Shown in pieces: positions 19,610 to 30,869 of a DNA stretch of 64,000 nucleotides (within the stretch, counting starts at the first letter, position 1; every line of letters starts with the position of its first letter). The stretch is from Vulcanimicrobiota bacterium (GTDB lineage: Bacteria > Vulcanimicrobiota > Vulcanimicrobiia > Vulcanimicrobiales > Vulcanimicrobiaceae): positions 704,001 to 768,000 of the forward strand of contig CAVRQT010000003.1 in assembly GCA_963723515.1 (NCBI GenBank), written 5' to 3'. The position numbers and the translations under genes were made by a program. The notes under the pieces were generated by a model. It did not search any database and was not told the origin of the DNA. It saw only the letters and a list, made by a program, of their open reading frames with translations.

Positions 19610-21205
19610 ATGCTGACGGTTTCACCTCAAATCAAGGCGGCTCGCGCCTTTGAAAATCTTTCGCCGGCAGAACTCTACGAGCACGCGCTCGCTCGCGGCG
19701 AAGGCGTCTTGGGTGCCGATGGTCAGCTGCTCGTCGATACCGGAGAGCACACCGGGCGTTCACCGAACGATAAATTCTTCGTACGCGAACCATCAAGCGA
19801 AGCGAACATCGCCTGGGGCAAAACGAATCGTCCGATCGAACCCGCAGCATTCGATGCGTTGTACGATCGTGTTGCAGCCTATCTTTCGGAGCGCGACGTC
19901 TATTCTTTAGATTGCTACGTCGGCGCCGGATGAGCGGTACCGTTTATCGGTGCGCGTCGCTCACCGAACTTGCTTGGCAAAATCTCTTTGCGCGCGATCT
20001 GTTCATCGTTCCGAGATCGCACTTCGACAAGCTCAGTGCAGGCTGTCGACCCATCGTTTGAACCCGATTTCACCGTCGTTGACGCCGCGCAGTTTCAAGC
20101 TCAGCCGGAGCGCGACCAGACGAATTCGGCGACGTTTATCCTCGTCAACTTTGCGAAGCGGATGATTTTGATCGGCGGAACACGCTACGCGGGCGAGATC
20201 AAGAAGTCGGTCTTCACGGTCATGAATTACCTGATGCCGTTGCGCGATGTGCTTCCCATGCATTGCTCCGCGAACGTCGGCCGGGACGGCGACGTTGCGA
20301 TCTTCTTCGGGCTTTCCGGAACGGGGAAGACGACGCTTTCCGCCGATTCACGGCGCCCGCTTATCGGCGATGACGAGCACGGTTGGTCGCAAGACGGCGT
20401 CTTCAACTTCGAGGGCGGTTGTTACGCGAAAGTCATTCGCCTTTCGAAGACGGCGGAGCCGGAAATCTGGGCGGCGTCCCATCGCTTCGGGACGGTGCTC
20501 GAAAACGTCGTTTACGATCCGAACACACGGCGGCTCGACCTCGATTCTCAGGCGAAGACGGAAAACACCCGTTCCGGTTATCCGATTGAGTTCATCGGCA
20601 ACATCGTTCCCGGTTCAAAGGCGGGACATCCGCGCACGATCATCATGTTGACCGCGGACGCCTTCGGCGTCTTGCCCCCGATCGCAAAACTCACGCGCGA
20701 TCAAGCGATGTACCACTTTCTTTCCGGCTATACCGCGAAGGTTGCCGGAACAGAGCGCGGTATCACAGAACCGCAAGCCACTTTCTCGACGTGTTTCGGT
20801 GCGCCGTTCATGGTGCATCATCCGACGGTGTACGCGAAGCTTCTCGGGGAGCGCATCGATCGGCATGCCGTCGATTGCTGGCTCGTAAACACGGGGTGGA
20901 GCGGCGGATCGTACGGTGTTGGAAAGCGGATGTCGATTGGGCACACACGCGCGATGGTCAACGCGGCGCTCGAAGGCAAGCTCAACGATGTCGCCTTTGA
21001 AAGCGAGCCATTCTTTGGGCTGCATATTCCGGCGTCAGTGCCTGAAGTTCCGAACGAAGTGCTTAACCCGCGCAACTCTTGGAGCGACAAGGCGGCGTAC
21101 GATGCGACCGCAGCGCGCCTTGCGGGTCTGTTCGCGGAGAATTTCAAGCAGTTCGAGGCTCAAGCTTCCGACGGCGTGCGGCTCGCCGCTATTCGCCCAC
21201 TGTAA
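19610..21205 (+). CDS. pckA: ATP-dependent phosphoenolpyruvate carboxykinase (indels near 19930-20045)
   Basis: [34 protein letters not shown] and NFEGGCYAK. Confidence 0.95.
20022..20036 (+). repeat. REP-like repeat copy inside pckA
   Basis: CTTCGACAAGCTCAG, identical to the core of the copies at 34331 and 45869. Confidence 0.65.
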
Positions 21206-21656
21206 GCAAAGCGATTTCGCGTTTCTCGTTGACCTCGAGCTGAATTTTTGTGAGGTTGGCGATCGTTTTGTCCGCTGGCGAATGCGCCTTGCCGGTGTGA
21301 CTGATCGCGATCACGCCCATGCCGGCCGCTCGTGCGGCTCGGATGCCCGATGAACTGTCCTCAACCACTAAACAGTGCTGGGCAGGGACGTCGAGCAGTT
21401 CAGCGGCGCGTAAGTACCCGTCCGGGCTCGGTTTCATTCGCGACACATCGTCAGCGCTGACCAGAACTGGTGGTGCGGGCAGGCGAGCGCGCCGTAAGAG
21501 CCGATCCGCCAGCGAGCGGCTGCACGACGTGACGATCGCCCATCGCGCCGGCAACAATCGTTCAACGAATTGCTGCGCGCCGCCGAGCGGAGCGCCGTGG
21601 CCGTCGACCAGCGTTCCGAAGAGATCGCACAATATCGCGTCGTAGCGCTCGCGCAT
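21189..21656 (-). CDS. HAD-IA hydrolase (short, sugar-phosphatase-like)
   Basis: [19 protein letters not shown] and VEDSSSG motifs. Confidence 0.85.
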   Translation of the reverse strand: MRERYDAILCDLFGTLVDGHGAPLGGAQQFVERLLPARWAIVTSCSRSLADRLLRRARLPAPPVLVSADDVSRMKPSPDGYLRAAELLDVPAQHCLVVEDSSSGIRAARAAGMGVIAISHTGKAHSPADKTIANLTKIQLEVNEKREIALLTVGE

Positions 21657-21698
21657 CGTGCCAAAAGAGTTGTTCTGAAGTGCGCATAACCTTGCCGC

Positions 21699-22961
21699 AT
21701 GGATAACGAAGCACTCGGCATCCTCGTCGGTGGAGGTCCGGCGCCGGGAATCAACGCGGTGATCGCCGCGGCGACGATTGAAGCCGCGCGAAACGGGTTA
21801 CGCACGGTGGGAATTCTCGACGGCTACCAACATCTCGTACGCGGCGACGCCTCTCAGGTCGTGGAACTAAACCCTGAAGGCGTCGCGCGCATTCAGACGA
21901 CCGGCGGATCGATCCTGCGAACTTCGCGCACGAATCCCGCCAAAGACGAACGATCACTAAAGAATTGCGTTGATGTGCTCGAGCGTTTGGGCGTGCGGTA
22001 CTTGCTCGCAATCGGCGGCGACGATACGACCTTCGGCGCCTCAAAGATTGCGGGATCGACTGGCAATCGAGTTGGCGTCGTTACGGTTCCGAAGACGATC
22101 GACAACGATCTTCCGCTTCCGGATGACGCGCCGACCTTCGGTTTCGAGACGGCGCGTGCCGTCGGGAGCGCCGTTGTTGCGAGCCTCGTCGAAGACGCGC
22201 GCACCGCCCAGCGCTGGTATCTGGTCGTGAGCATGGGAAGAAAGTCCGGCTCGCTTGCGGTTGGCATGTGTTCGTCAGCCGGTGCCGTACTGGCGGTGAT
22301 TTCGGAAGAGTTCGGGGCGGCAGAACTGGAGCTCGAACCCGTCGTCGATACGATCGTCGCGGCGATAATCAAGCGCAAGGCGACCGGGTACAACCATGGC
22401 GTGGCTGTCGTCGCCGAGGGCATCGCTGAACATCTGTCGCCTGGGGCGCTCTCAGGTTTGGCCGGCGTGACGCGCGATGCGTACGGAAACGTCCGCCTCG
22501 CTGATGTGCCGCTCGGAACGGTGTTGCGCGATGCGGTGCGCAAGCGTTGCTCCGAGCTCGGCATTTCGACGACGGTCCTTACGAAGGACGTCGGCTACGA
22601 GTTGCGCTGTGCGCACCCGATTCCATTTGATGTCGAGTACGCACGAGCGCTCGGTTACGGTGCAATGCGTTACTTGCTCGCGGGAGGCTCCGGTGCGTTG
22701 ATCGCGCTCGCGCACGGCGATGCGGTGCCCTTACAACTGGAGGACATCGTCGATCCTAAGACGGGACGCATTCGCGTGCGCGCCGTGAACGTTTCGAGTC
22801 CCGCGTATCAAGTCGCGCGCCGATACATGGTCCACCTAAGCGAGGAAGATCTGCGCGAACCCCAGTTATCACGTTTGGCCGCTCAGACGAACCTGGCGCC
22901 GGCGCAATTCCGCGATACGTTCGCAACGCTGGTCGCTGGCGGGGCCGTTGCAGCGAGATGA
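21699..22961 (+). CDS. pfp: 6-phosphofructokinase, probably PPi-dependent
   Basis: GGGPAPGIN, GGDDT and PKTIDND (Asp/Lys residues typical of PPi-PFKs), MGRKSG. Confidence 0.85.
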   Translation: MDNEALGILVGGGPAPGINAVIAAATIEAARNGLRTVGILDGYQHLVRGDASQVVELNPEGVARIQTTGGSILRTSRTNPAKDERSLKNCVDVLERLGVRYLLAIGGDDTTFGASKIAGSTGNRVGVVTVPKTIDNDLPLPDDAPTFGFETARAVGSAVVASLVEDARTAQRWYLVVSMGRKSGSLAVGMCSSAGAVLAVISEEFGAAELELEPVVDTIVAAIIKRKATGYNHGVAVVAEGIAEHLSPGALSGLAGVTRDAYGNVRLADVPLGTVLRDAVRKRCSELGISTTVLTKDVGYELRCAHPIPFDVEYARALGYGAMRYLLAGGSGALIALAHGDAVPLQLEDIVDPKTGRIRVRAVNVSSPAYQVARRYMVHLSEEDLREPQLSRLAAQTNLAPAQFRDTFATLVAGGAVAAR

Positions 22962-24096
22962 TCGCTTGAAAGTGATTGGCGCATTCGCCGTGCTCGCCGT
23001 TGCGGCGGCCTCGCTGAACGCCGCGAGCGCCGCGCTGCACGTTCCAGCGGGATTTCAGGTTCAGAGAATCGCTTCGGTCACGGGGGCGCGCGAACTTTCA
23101 GCCGCACCGAACGGCGATCTTTTCGTGGGAACGAATGGCAACGACGTCTACATCATTCCGCAAGCGGATAGTAATCGAGCGGGCGCGCCGCGCGTCTTCG
23201 TGCATCTGAACGACGCCCCGGCCGCCGGGGTCGCGCTGGCCGGAGCTTGGCTCTTCATCGGAAGTCAATTCGGCGTGTGGCGACTACCGTATCACAGCGG
23301 TCAATTGCACGCCGCTCAAGCGCCGCAGAAGATTGCCTCGCTTCGAACGAGTGGCGTTTCGCGGGACCACGTAACGACGACCGTCGCGTTTACCAGCGGC
23401 AGGTTGTACGCGAGCGTCGGCTCATCATGCAACGTTTGCGACCCGGACCTGGACGCGACGCGCGCCACGATTCAACAGATGGATCCGGATGGAAAACGCT
23501 TAGCGCCGCGCGCGGTCCACATTCGTAATGCGATTGCGCTTGCGGTGAATCCGCAAACAGGGACGCTTTGGGCCGGTGTCGCGGGGCAAGATGAATTGGC
23601 GCAAGGCCATCCATACGAGATCTTCGATCCAGTCACGCTGCATCCAGGCGTCGCAGATTACGGCTGGCCGTACTGTTATGAAAACCACCGTTCGACGGGC
23701 ACCGGTCACAATTGTTCGAATGTCGTCGAGCCGCGCGTGATCTTTCCGGCTTACGACACGCCGATTGGGGCGGTTTTCTATCCCGCGAATCCGCATGGAC
23801 AGCATATTTTTCCGCGCAAATATTTCGGGGGCGCCTTTGTCACGATGCACGGCTCGTGGCACCAGCCGCCCGTACCGCCGCGCGTGACGTTCGTTCCGAT
23901 GCTGAGTGATACGCCGAGAAGGCCGGCGGATTGGAGCAATCCGAACACGCAGTGGAGCGAATTTGTGGGCGGTTTTCAAAGCGCGTCCGGAGAGCGCAGC
24001 GGGCGGCCAACCGGCATCGCTGTCGGCCCTCAGGGCGATCTCTTCATCGCGGACGACGTCAGCGATGCGATTTATCGCGTTCGTCCGAGCAAATAA
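22948..24096 (+). CDS. glucose/sorbosone dehydrogenase-family beta-propeller protein
   Basis: Signal peptide; VGSSCNVC, IRNA, DYGWPYC, HGSW and GRPTGIAVGPQGDLFIADD. Confidence 0.85.
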   Translation: MQRDDRLKVIGAFAVLAVAAASLNAASAALHVPAGFQVQRIASVTGARELSAAPNGDLFVGTNGNDVYIIPQADSNRAGAPRVFVHLNDAPAAGVALAGAWLFIGSQFGVWRLPYHSGQLHAAQAPQKIASLRTSGVSRDHVTTTVAFTSGRLYASVGSSCNVCDPDLDATRATIQQMDPDGKRLAPRAVHIRNAIALAVNPQTGTLWAGVAGQDELAQGHPYEIFDPVTLHPGVADYGWPYCYENHRSTGTGHNCSNVVEPRVIFPAYDTPIGAVFYPANPHGQHIFPRKYFGGAFVTMHGSWHQPPVPPRVTFVPMLSDTPRRPADWSNPNTQWSEFVGGFQSASGERSGRPTGIAVGPQGDLFIADDVSDAIYRVRPSK

Positions 24097-24437
24097 TGCC
24101 GACCGATTTTCGCGACGGTAAGACATTTCCGCGACGCGGGCGCGAACCGGTACACGGTTTTCTATGGCTTGCGCGCGTGATCGATAAAGCGCGGGCCTCC
24201 GCCGCGGGGACGATTCACGATTACATCTATCCCTGTCCGATGGATCGCGGTGTCTTCGAGCGATGGGGCATTCGAGGCGAAGATTTTGAAGCGGCGCTTC
24301 GCGCGCACGATAACGACGACGACATTGCGCAATGGCTGAGCGGTCGCGTTTCGCACAAGCAAAAAGAAGCGGCGAACCGCTGGCTCTTAGACCAGCGGCA
24401 GTCTAACCTCGATGCGCAGGATCGCGAGGAGGCTTAG
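24096..24437 (+). CDS. DUF5069-like protein
   Basis: ATG overlaps the upstream TAA; PRRGRE..GFLWLARVIDKARA..GTIHDYIYPCPMD. Confidence 0.7.
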   Translation: MPTDFRDGKTFPRRGREPVHGFLWLARVIDKARASAAGTIHDYIYPCPMDRGVFERWGIRGEDFEAALRAHDNDDDIAQWLSGRVSHKQKEAANRWLLDQRQSNLDAQDREEA

Positions 24438-25155
24438 CGGTCTAAGAGCGCGCGCATGGAGCGCAATTCGAGGGCATCGAAGGATTGCACGAATGCATGT
24501 CCCGGCGCCGGTTTGGTTCCATCTTGAGCGCGAACGATTTGCACGGTTCGCAACCCCGCATCACGCGCCGCATTTAATTCGGCCGCCGTATCGGAAAGAA
24601 AGAGAATGTGCTTCGCGGGCACGCCGATCTGCTCGGCGATCTGCCCGTATGACGACGGTTCGGTTTTCCCCCAACCGACGTATCGAAGTAGCCATCGAAG
24701 AGGTTAGCGAGATTGCCCGCGACACTATGGGTGAAGAACAGGCGCTGCGCGTCAATCGAGCCCGAAGAATAGACGTAGATCGCAATTCCGGAGGATCGCC
24801 AGACTCGTAAGGCGTCAGCGGCGTCGTCGTAGAGATGGGCGCGCAATGTGCCTTCTTCGTAACCGCGTGCCCAGATTAAGCCTTGGAGCCCTTTGAGTGA
24901 CGTCGCCTTACGGTCTTCATCGATCCATTGACGCAGCGTTTGGACAAGCGCGTCTTCATCGCGCGGGTTGATTCCAGCGGATTGCGACGCGTCGTTCAGC
25001 GCGGTTTCCACGACTGGCTCGCCGCGGTGCTCGCGCACGAAGCCGGCCAGCTGCTCGCGCGCATACGGAAAGAGCGTTTCGCGGACAAATGCGATCGAGC
25101 CGACCGTGCCTTCGATGTCCGTCACCGCGGCATCGCAGGCGAATTGAAGGCGCAT
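24434..25155 (-). CDS. mtnC: enolase-phosphatase E1 / acireductone synthase (frameshift near 24665)
   Basis: TDIEGT, DRKATSLKGLQGLIW, YSSGS and ILFLSD. Confidence 0.92.
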
Positions 25156-25722
25156 TAGCCGTCGAGGCGGGGATAACGCTGGGCGATCGGATCTCCCGTA
25201 AAATTGGCCACCCAGCCCTCGCGGATTGGTGAACAGACGGATCGCCGTAAACTCCGGAGCCGGCCCCATGTCAAACCAATGCTTCGTCCCCGCCGGAACA
25301 CTGATCAAGTCGCCGCGGACGCAGATCGTCTGGTAGACTTTGCCGTTGGCGCGCAGATAAAATGCGCCTTTTCCTTCAACGAAAAAGCGGACTTCATCTT
25401 CGGAGTGGGCGTGCTCGTTCAGGAATTTTTCGCGCATCGGTCCAGTGTCCGGCGCTCCTTTCTTGAGCCGGATAACATCAGCAGCGGCGTAACTTCCCTC
25501 GCGTTGCAGGCGCTCGACTTGTGGAGCGTACGCGTTCAAGATATCTTCTTGCGACGCATCTGCGTCAAGGGAAACATCTGCGCTCCAAAGCTCGAAGCGT
25601 ACGCCAATTTCTGCCAGGAGGCGCGCAATCTCACTGCTGTCTTGAGTTTCGTGAAGCACTCCACCCGATGGTCCGTCGTCGTAAACGCGGAGGATCGTCG
25701 TTGGGTACGAGGCTACGGTCAT
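25155..25722 (-). CDS. mtnD: acireductone dioxygenase (frameshift near 25220)
   Basis: EHAHSEDEVRFFVEG and VPAGTKHWFD. Removing one base restores NPEGWVANFTGDPIAQRYP..*, with a TAATG overlap into mtnC. Confidence 0.92.
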
Positions 25723-26321
25723 CGCCCTCTCCATTCTTCGAGCACGCACGCGAGCAAAAAGTCTAACGCTTCAACGTGGCGGCACGCCGCGGCGACGCTT
25801 TCGCCCCACGCGTACAGGCCGTGTCCGGCTATCAGGTAGCCGGGGACCGCCTCTTCGTGAAGCGACCGCTCTATCTCTTCTGCGAGTGCGCGTGTGTCTT
25901 GAGAGTTGGCAAAAATGGGGATCGAGAGCGCGCTATCGTGCGTTGTGAAGCCGGCAAGGGCCTTCTGCATTTCGTAACCATGAACGTCGATCGCTCCGCC
26001 GGAAGAAAATTGACGCGATGCAACGGTTGAGGTAATCGAATGGACGTGCATGATCGCTGCGATCGCGCCGTCGCGTTGGTATCGCGCCGTATGCAGTGGC
26101 GTTTCGGCCGACGCGCCGTCGATAATCGGTTGATCGATATCAACGATGAGGACGTCTTCTTCAGTCAATTTCGTCTTATCCGCTCCGGAGCGCGTAATCG
26201 CAATCCGTTGTTGATCAATACGGCGCGAAAAGTTGCCGCTCGTAGCGGGCACCCATCCGCGCTGCGCCGCGAAGGATGCCATTTCGAGAACGTCGGCGAC
26301 GGCTTGAATGTACTCAGGCAT
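25719..26321 (-). CDS. mtnB: methylthioribulose-1-phosphate dehydratase
   Basis: GWVPATSGNFS, SAETPLH, HVHS and GHGLYAWG. Confidence 0.93.
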   Translation of the reverse strand: MPEYIQAVADVLEMASFAAQRGWVPATSGNFSRRIDQQRIAITRSGADKTKLTEEDVLIVDIDQPIIDGASAETPLHTARYQRDGAIAAIMHVHSITSTVASRQFSSGGAIDVHGYEMQKALAGFTTHDSALSIPIFANSQDTRALAEEIERSLHEEAVPGYLIAGHGLYAWGESVAAACRHVEALDFLLACVLEEWRGR

Positions 26322-26324
26322 GAT

Positions 26325-27551
26325 TCAGCGCGCTAAAGATGCAGCCCGTTTTTGAAGCGTTGCATGCGCACCAAGCGCGGGCAGCAGCCCAATCAACGAG
26401 AGCGCAGCTAAACCGTACCAGGCAACACGATATCCAAAGTTGTCGATGACGACGCCGAAGATCGGCGCAGAGATCATCGCTGCGACGAAGATCAGCGTCA
26501 GGCCGAATCCCAGCGCGCTGCCGGAATGCTCCTCACCGCCGATTTCCGCCATCGCGATCACCGAAAGACCGACCCATCCTTCCCCCGCAAAACCAAGAAC
26601 GCACGCCGCAAGCGTAGCGGTGAGCACGTTCGGAGAATGTAAGCTGCCGACGCCGATCGCCGCGACGGCGCTGAAGATGCACGTCAGACCCATGGGCAGT
26701 AGCCGGTTGCCGCCGAAAAGGCGATCGCTGATCCAACCCCACGCAAGGCGCCCGATGACCGCTGCAACTTGCGACGCGCCGAACATCACGGCGACGATCA
26801 ATGTGCTGAATCCGGCGGCGCGGGCATACGTTAACGGCAAGAACCCCATCAGCGCAACCTGCACGCAAATTAGCACCACGGAAACGCCAACGACGAGCAA
26901 GAGCGGCTTCTCGAGTCCGATGCGCAGCATGCCCTCGAAGAGGGCGCGCGCCGAAGCGCGTTCTCCGCGCAGTTGTATGGGTTCCCGATAAGCGACTGCG
27001 GCGATCACCGATGTGACAAGACAAACGATGCCGGCCGCAGCGAGCGCTGCGGTGTATCCGTGCGTTGCGGCTAGGGATGGCAAGAGGATGGCGCCAACAA
27101 CGCCGCCCAGCGGGACACCGGTTTGCCGAATTCCCATGGCAGTGCCGCGTGAACGCGGATCGAAAAAGAAGAGAATCGCGTGGCTTCCCGCGGGCGTGAC
27201 CGCCGCATAGCCGACGCCGTAGACGAACAACCACAGCAGCAGCCACCAAAACCGCACTTCGAACGCTGCAACAACTAGCGCGAGCCCCATAACGATGCCG
27301 GCGATCAGAACAACCGTCTTATCACCGAAGCGATCGACGGCGAGCCCAGCCGTTGAAGTGAAGAGCGTCGATCCCAGCATCAGGACCGTTACGATTAAGC
27401 CGAGCTGTGACTTGGGGAGATGAAACGACTCTTCGAAGAACGGAATGAGCGTACCGATCGCAACGAGGACGACCGACGCGCCGAGCATTGCAACGGTGAA
27501 CAGAGCGAGAACGACATCTCGAGGTTCGGTCGGATGCGTGGTCTGTCGCAT
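26325..27551 (-). CDS. MFS transporter
   Basis: About 12 TM segments; DRFGDK and RGTAMGIRQTG motifs. Confidence 0.9.
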   Translation of the reverse strand: MRQTTHPTEPRDVVLALFTVAMLGASVVLVAIGTLIPFFEESFHLPKSQLGLIVTVLMLGSTLFTSTAGLAVDRFGDKTVVLIAGIVMGLALVVAAFEVRFWWLLLWLFVYGVGYAAVTPAGSHAILFFFDPRSRGTAMGIRQTGVPLGGVVGAILLPSLAATHGYTAALAAAGIVCLVTSVIAAVAYREPIQLRGERASARALFEGMLRIGLEKPLLLVVGVSVVLICVQVALMGFLPLTYARAAGFSTLIVAVMFGASQVAAVIGRLAWGWISDRLFGGNRLLPMGLTCIFSAVAAIGVGSLHSPNVLTATLAACVLGFAGEGWVGLSVIAMAEIGGEEHSGSALGFGLTLIFVAAMISAPIFGVVIDNFGYRVAWYGLAALSLIGLLPALGAHATLQKRAASLAR

Positions 27552-27678
27552 GAAGCGCCCTATTTTGCGTCAGCTGGCGCGAAGTTACTTCTTCAGCCGG
27601 CGCCTCGTTCGCCCGAAGGCCTCTTTCCGGATCGGTCAAACATCCTGCGTTTCACGCATTGTTCGAGGATCAATCCTT

Positions 27679-28314
27679 ATGCGAGATGTGATCGAAATCC
27701 GAAGAATGCCATCGCCGGCGCCGCGCCCGCAAGCGCTCGCTTCAGACGGGGAACATCTTTGGATGGGCAGCATCGAAACGTCGCGGCTGTACAGTATCGA
27801 CCCGGTGCACTGGACAGTCCTTGAAGAGATTGATGCGCCAGGAAAGCCATGGGGGATGACGGTCGTCGGCAATGAGCTACGCGTCATTTGCGGCGAAGGT
27901 GATGACGACGACCGCTACATCCGTCGCTTTATCCCAGGTCACGGGTTCAAATCGGAGAAGGCGGCGTGTCCCGACTACACGGGCTCACAGTTAAGTTTTG
28001 ACGGGTCGCGCTTGTACCTCAGCCAATGGTACAACAAGCGTATTATGCCGTTGAACGGTGATCGTGCCGCTGGGGAGATCTCATTGCGCCATCAAATCTG
28101 CGGCCAAGTCATTGCCAATGGAAAGCACTATGCGTTGACGACCGATGACGAAAATACCAACGATTATTGGATTACGTTGGTCGACCGCCAAGACGGAAAG
28201 CACGAAGACTTGGCTCGCGTTCCCTTCGCCGCGCGAGCATTGGCTTTTGATGGCCGTCAGTTTTGGACGAATCATCGCGAACAGCATGAAATCGTTGCGT
28301 TTCAGTTAGCATAG
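27679..28314 (+). CDS. beta-propeller protein (glutaminyl cyclase/YncE-like repeats)
   Basis: Repeated LA(S/F)DG..(L/F)W blades. Confidence 0.6.
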   Translation: MRDVIEIRRMPSPAPRPQALASDGEHLWMGSIETSRLYSIDPVHWTVLEEIDAPGKPWGMTVVGNELRVICGEGDDDDRYIRRFIPGHGFKSEKAACPDYTGSQLSFDGSRLYLSQWYNKRIMPLNGDRAAGEISLRHQICGQVIANGKHYALTTDDENTNDYWITLVDRQDGKHEDLARVPFAARALAFDGRQFWTNHREQHEIVAFQLA

Positions 28315-28331
28315 GGCGGAACGGCGCTTGT

Positions 28332-28697
28332 ATGACATTTGCGGAGACGCTGGACCGCCATCTGCGGGCGATTGCGCAGCGCGATGCGACTGAGTTTGCG
28401 GCGACTCTAAGCGTCGATCCGGCACCGCACGTAATAGGCCCGGATGGTTCGATCATTGCAGGCCACGATGCGGTTCTTGCAGCGCACCGGGATTGGTTCT
28501 CATCAATGGAATTCACGTTTGATCCCAACATCATCTGGCAGCGGGAGAGCGGCGATCTTGGAATCGCGCTCGTGCGGGTCCGTTATGCGGAGCCTGAGAA
28601 AGAACCACGCGAATTTTATCTGCTGCTTGCGTTCGCGCGCAACGATGACCGCTGGGGCATGTTCTACGACCAAAACACGCCGATTGGCGCGGCGTAG
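28332..28697 (+). CDS. NTF2/SnoaL-like protein
   Basis: HLRAIAQRD...IGPDGSIIAG...FARNDDRW pattern. Confidence 0.75.
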   Translation: MTFAETLDRHLRAIAQRDATEFAATLSVDPAPHVIGPDGSIIAGHDAVLAAHRDWFSSMEFTFDPNIIWQRESGDLGIALVRVRYAEPEKEPREFYLLLAFARNDDRWGMFYDQNTPIGAA

Positions 28698-28720
28698 CTC
28701 GCCGAGCCTAGAAGTGGTTG

Positions 28721-29143
28721 TTACTGTTTGCGCTTAGGTCGTTTGGTTGTCTTGACGCGCGACTCGTTGAGCGCCGCAGCGGCGCGAATAAGCGCCTTTA
28801 AGGCCTTCGCGTTGATCTTCTCGCCCTCGTGAAAATCGATCGCGCGCCTGACATTGCCGTCCAGACTGGAATTAAAGAGGCCTGACGGGTCTTCAAGCGT
28901 CGCGCCCTTTGCAAACGTCGTTTTCACATGGTCTTTGTACGTTTCGCCGGTGCAAATTATTCCGTCATGCGACCACACCGGAACGCCTCTCCACTTCCAT
29001 TCCTCGATTACATCGGGATCGGCTTGCTTGATCAACATGCGAATCTGCGCCAGCAACTTTCCCCGCCAGTCGCCGAGCTCTTTGATTCGTTCGTCTATCA
29101 ACCGAGATGGAGATTTTTCTTTTTGGGAGCCGCTTTTTCGCAT
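28721..29143 (-). CDS. DUF1801 (YdhG-like) protein
   Basis: LGDWRG, EEWKWRGVPVWSHDG and LFNSSLDGNVRRAIDF. Confidence 0.88.
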   Translation of the reverse strand: MRKSGSQKEKSPSRLIDERIKELGDWRGKLLAQIRMLIKQADPDVIEEWKWRGVPVWSHDGIICTGETYKDHVKTTFAKGATLEDPSGLFNSSLDGNVRRAIDFHEGEKINAKALKALIRAAAALNESRVKTTKRPKRKQ

Positions 29144-29180
29144 TGTCTGATCCTGCTTTCGGTGGATATGCTTGATCTCG

Positions 29181-30122
29181 TTAGCGCCAGTCATCGATGA
29201 CGTAAACGCCGGGCCGACTGAAGCCTTCCTTATTCGGCTTGTGCATCGCGACGCCCAACATCCCGATCCGAAAGCCGCGACGCAACACCATGCTGTAAGC
29301 CTCCTGCCGAGCGAGCATTGACGCCAAACGTTAATCCTCCAGCGTTACGGCTAACGGCAAACGACTCGCATGCATCGAGAAGTTGTTCGAAATGTCTCGC
29401 ACCATCGTTGCTCGGGCGAACGCATGCGAACTTCACGTAGACAACATCGCTCCCCGCTTCACTTCCGGGACCATTGTGGCAAACGGCAAACCACAGCACG
29501 CCGCCGTCATCGGTTCCGATCAAGGTATCGCCGAGGGACTGTCCCTGCACCGCTGTAATCTCGCGTGAAAGGTCCAGGCCGTCGTACACTTGATTCGACG
29601 TTTCGCGGCATCCGCTCAATCGCTGCGCTCGTTCCGTTGCGTTCAGCTTTGAGAAAAGCTCGAAATTCGGAATCGTTTTCGGCGCTGCAGGTTGTTTTTC
29701 AAGTAGCGCGGTCAAAAAGCGCGGCCAGAAGCCGAATTTCTGATAAAGCGCTTGATGTTTCGGGCTGTCGCTGAACGTGAAGAGGCCATAAAGGGAGCAC
29801 TGCCACTGTTCAAAGCGTGCCATGGTGGGCTGGAGCAAACGCTGGGCGATGCCTTTGTCCCAAAGAGCGGGCTCGACTGTCAGCGGTCCAAAGAATGCAA
29901 AGCTGCCCCACTTTGTCAGGAAATTCGAACCTACGACGCGCCCGTCCAACTCCGCTACAAAAGCGCAATCCGGGGCTGCGTAGTAGCGCGTACGCGCAAA
30001 ATCGCGATCGCCGAAGGACTCCTTCGGGTCATCGATACCCAGAAACGTGCCAAAGGCCACGGGCAAATCCGTTCGCATTCATCAAGATCTTCTTCGCGCG
30101 CAGCGCGGACTTGGACGTTCAT
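29181..30122 (-). CDS. GNAT family acetyltransferase (two indels)
   Basis: FVAELDGRVVGS, GPLTVEPALWDKGIA and LYQKFGF. The N-terminus (MNVQVRAAREED) and C-terminus (VYVIDDWR*) are in other frames. Confidence 0.8.
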
Positions 30123-30185
30123 AGCATGCGTATTCTACGGCAGGCGCCGTCGACAACTTTACGACCTTACGAACCGCGGCAAAAC

Positions 30186-30220
30186 AAAAAGCCCGCCGGC
30201 GTATCGCCTTGCGGGCTTCT
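30186..30220 (-). terminator. rrn operon intrinsic terminator
   Basis: AAGCCCGC...GCGGGCTT hairpin followed by a U-tract on the minus strand, just after 5S. Confidence 0.85.
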
Positions 30221-30230
30221 CTTTGTTAAA

Positions 30231-30347
30231 TCTGGCACTGACCTACTCTCGAGGGACCCTGCGGTCCGACTACCATCGGCGCTGGTGGGCTTAACTGCCG
30301 TGTTCGGGATGGGAACGGGTGGGGCCCCACCGCTAAGAGCGCCAGAA
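30231..30347 (-). rRNA. rrf: 5S rRNA
   Basis: Conserved CCGTTCCCATCCCGAACACGG and GAGAGTAGG, with paired termini. Confidence 0.97.
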
Positions 30348-30715
30348 AACGGATCCCTCCGTCACGTCGAGCCGGAGCTCAAGACTGTGACGAAGGAAAG
30401 CTGCATACAGAAGAACTTTCAGTGCCAACGACACGAAGCGTTAAGTCAAATAAGTGTCCGGGCGATTAGTACCGGTTAGCTGCACACCTTGCGGTGCTTC
30501 CACCTCCGGCCTATCAACGTGGTAGTCTCCCACGACCCTTCACTCTTACGAGATCGAAGTCTCATCTTGAAGCCAGTTTCGCGCTTATATGCTTTCAGCG
30601 CTTATCTGATCCGAACATAGCTACCCGGCTATGCTCCTGGCGGAACAACCGGTTCACCAGCGGTTCGTTCGACCCGGTCCTCTCGTACTAGGGTCGACTC
30701 TCCTCAAACTTCTAA

Positions 30716-30764
<49 letters not shown>

Positions 30765-30772
30765 ATCGCGTA

Positions 30773-30809
<37 letters not shown>

Positions 30810-30833
30810 ACTACAGCCCCAGGATGCGACGAT

Positions 30834-30868
<35 letters not shown>

Positions 30869-30869
30869 G

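Noticed and set aside
24574..25749. Apparent 391-aa MtnD-MtnC fusion in the ORF track
   Set aside because: One extra base near 25220 creates it. Correction restores the canonical MtnD C-terminus and a TAATG stop/start overlap.
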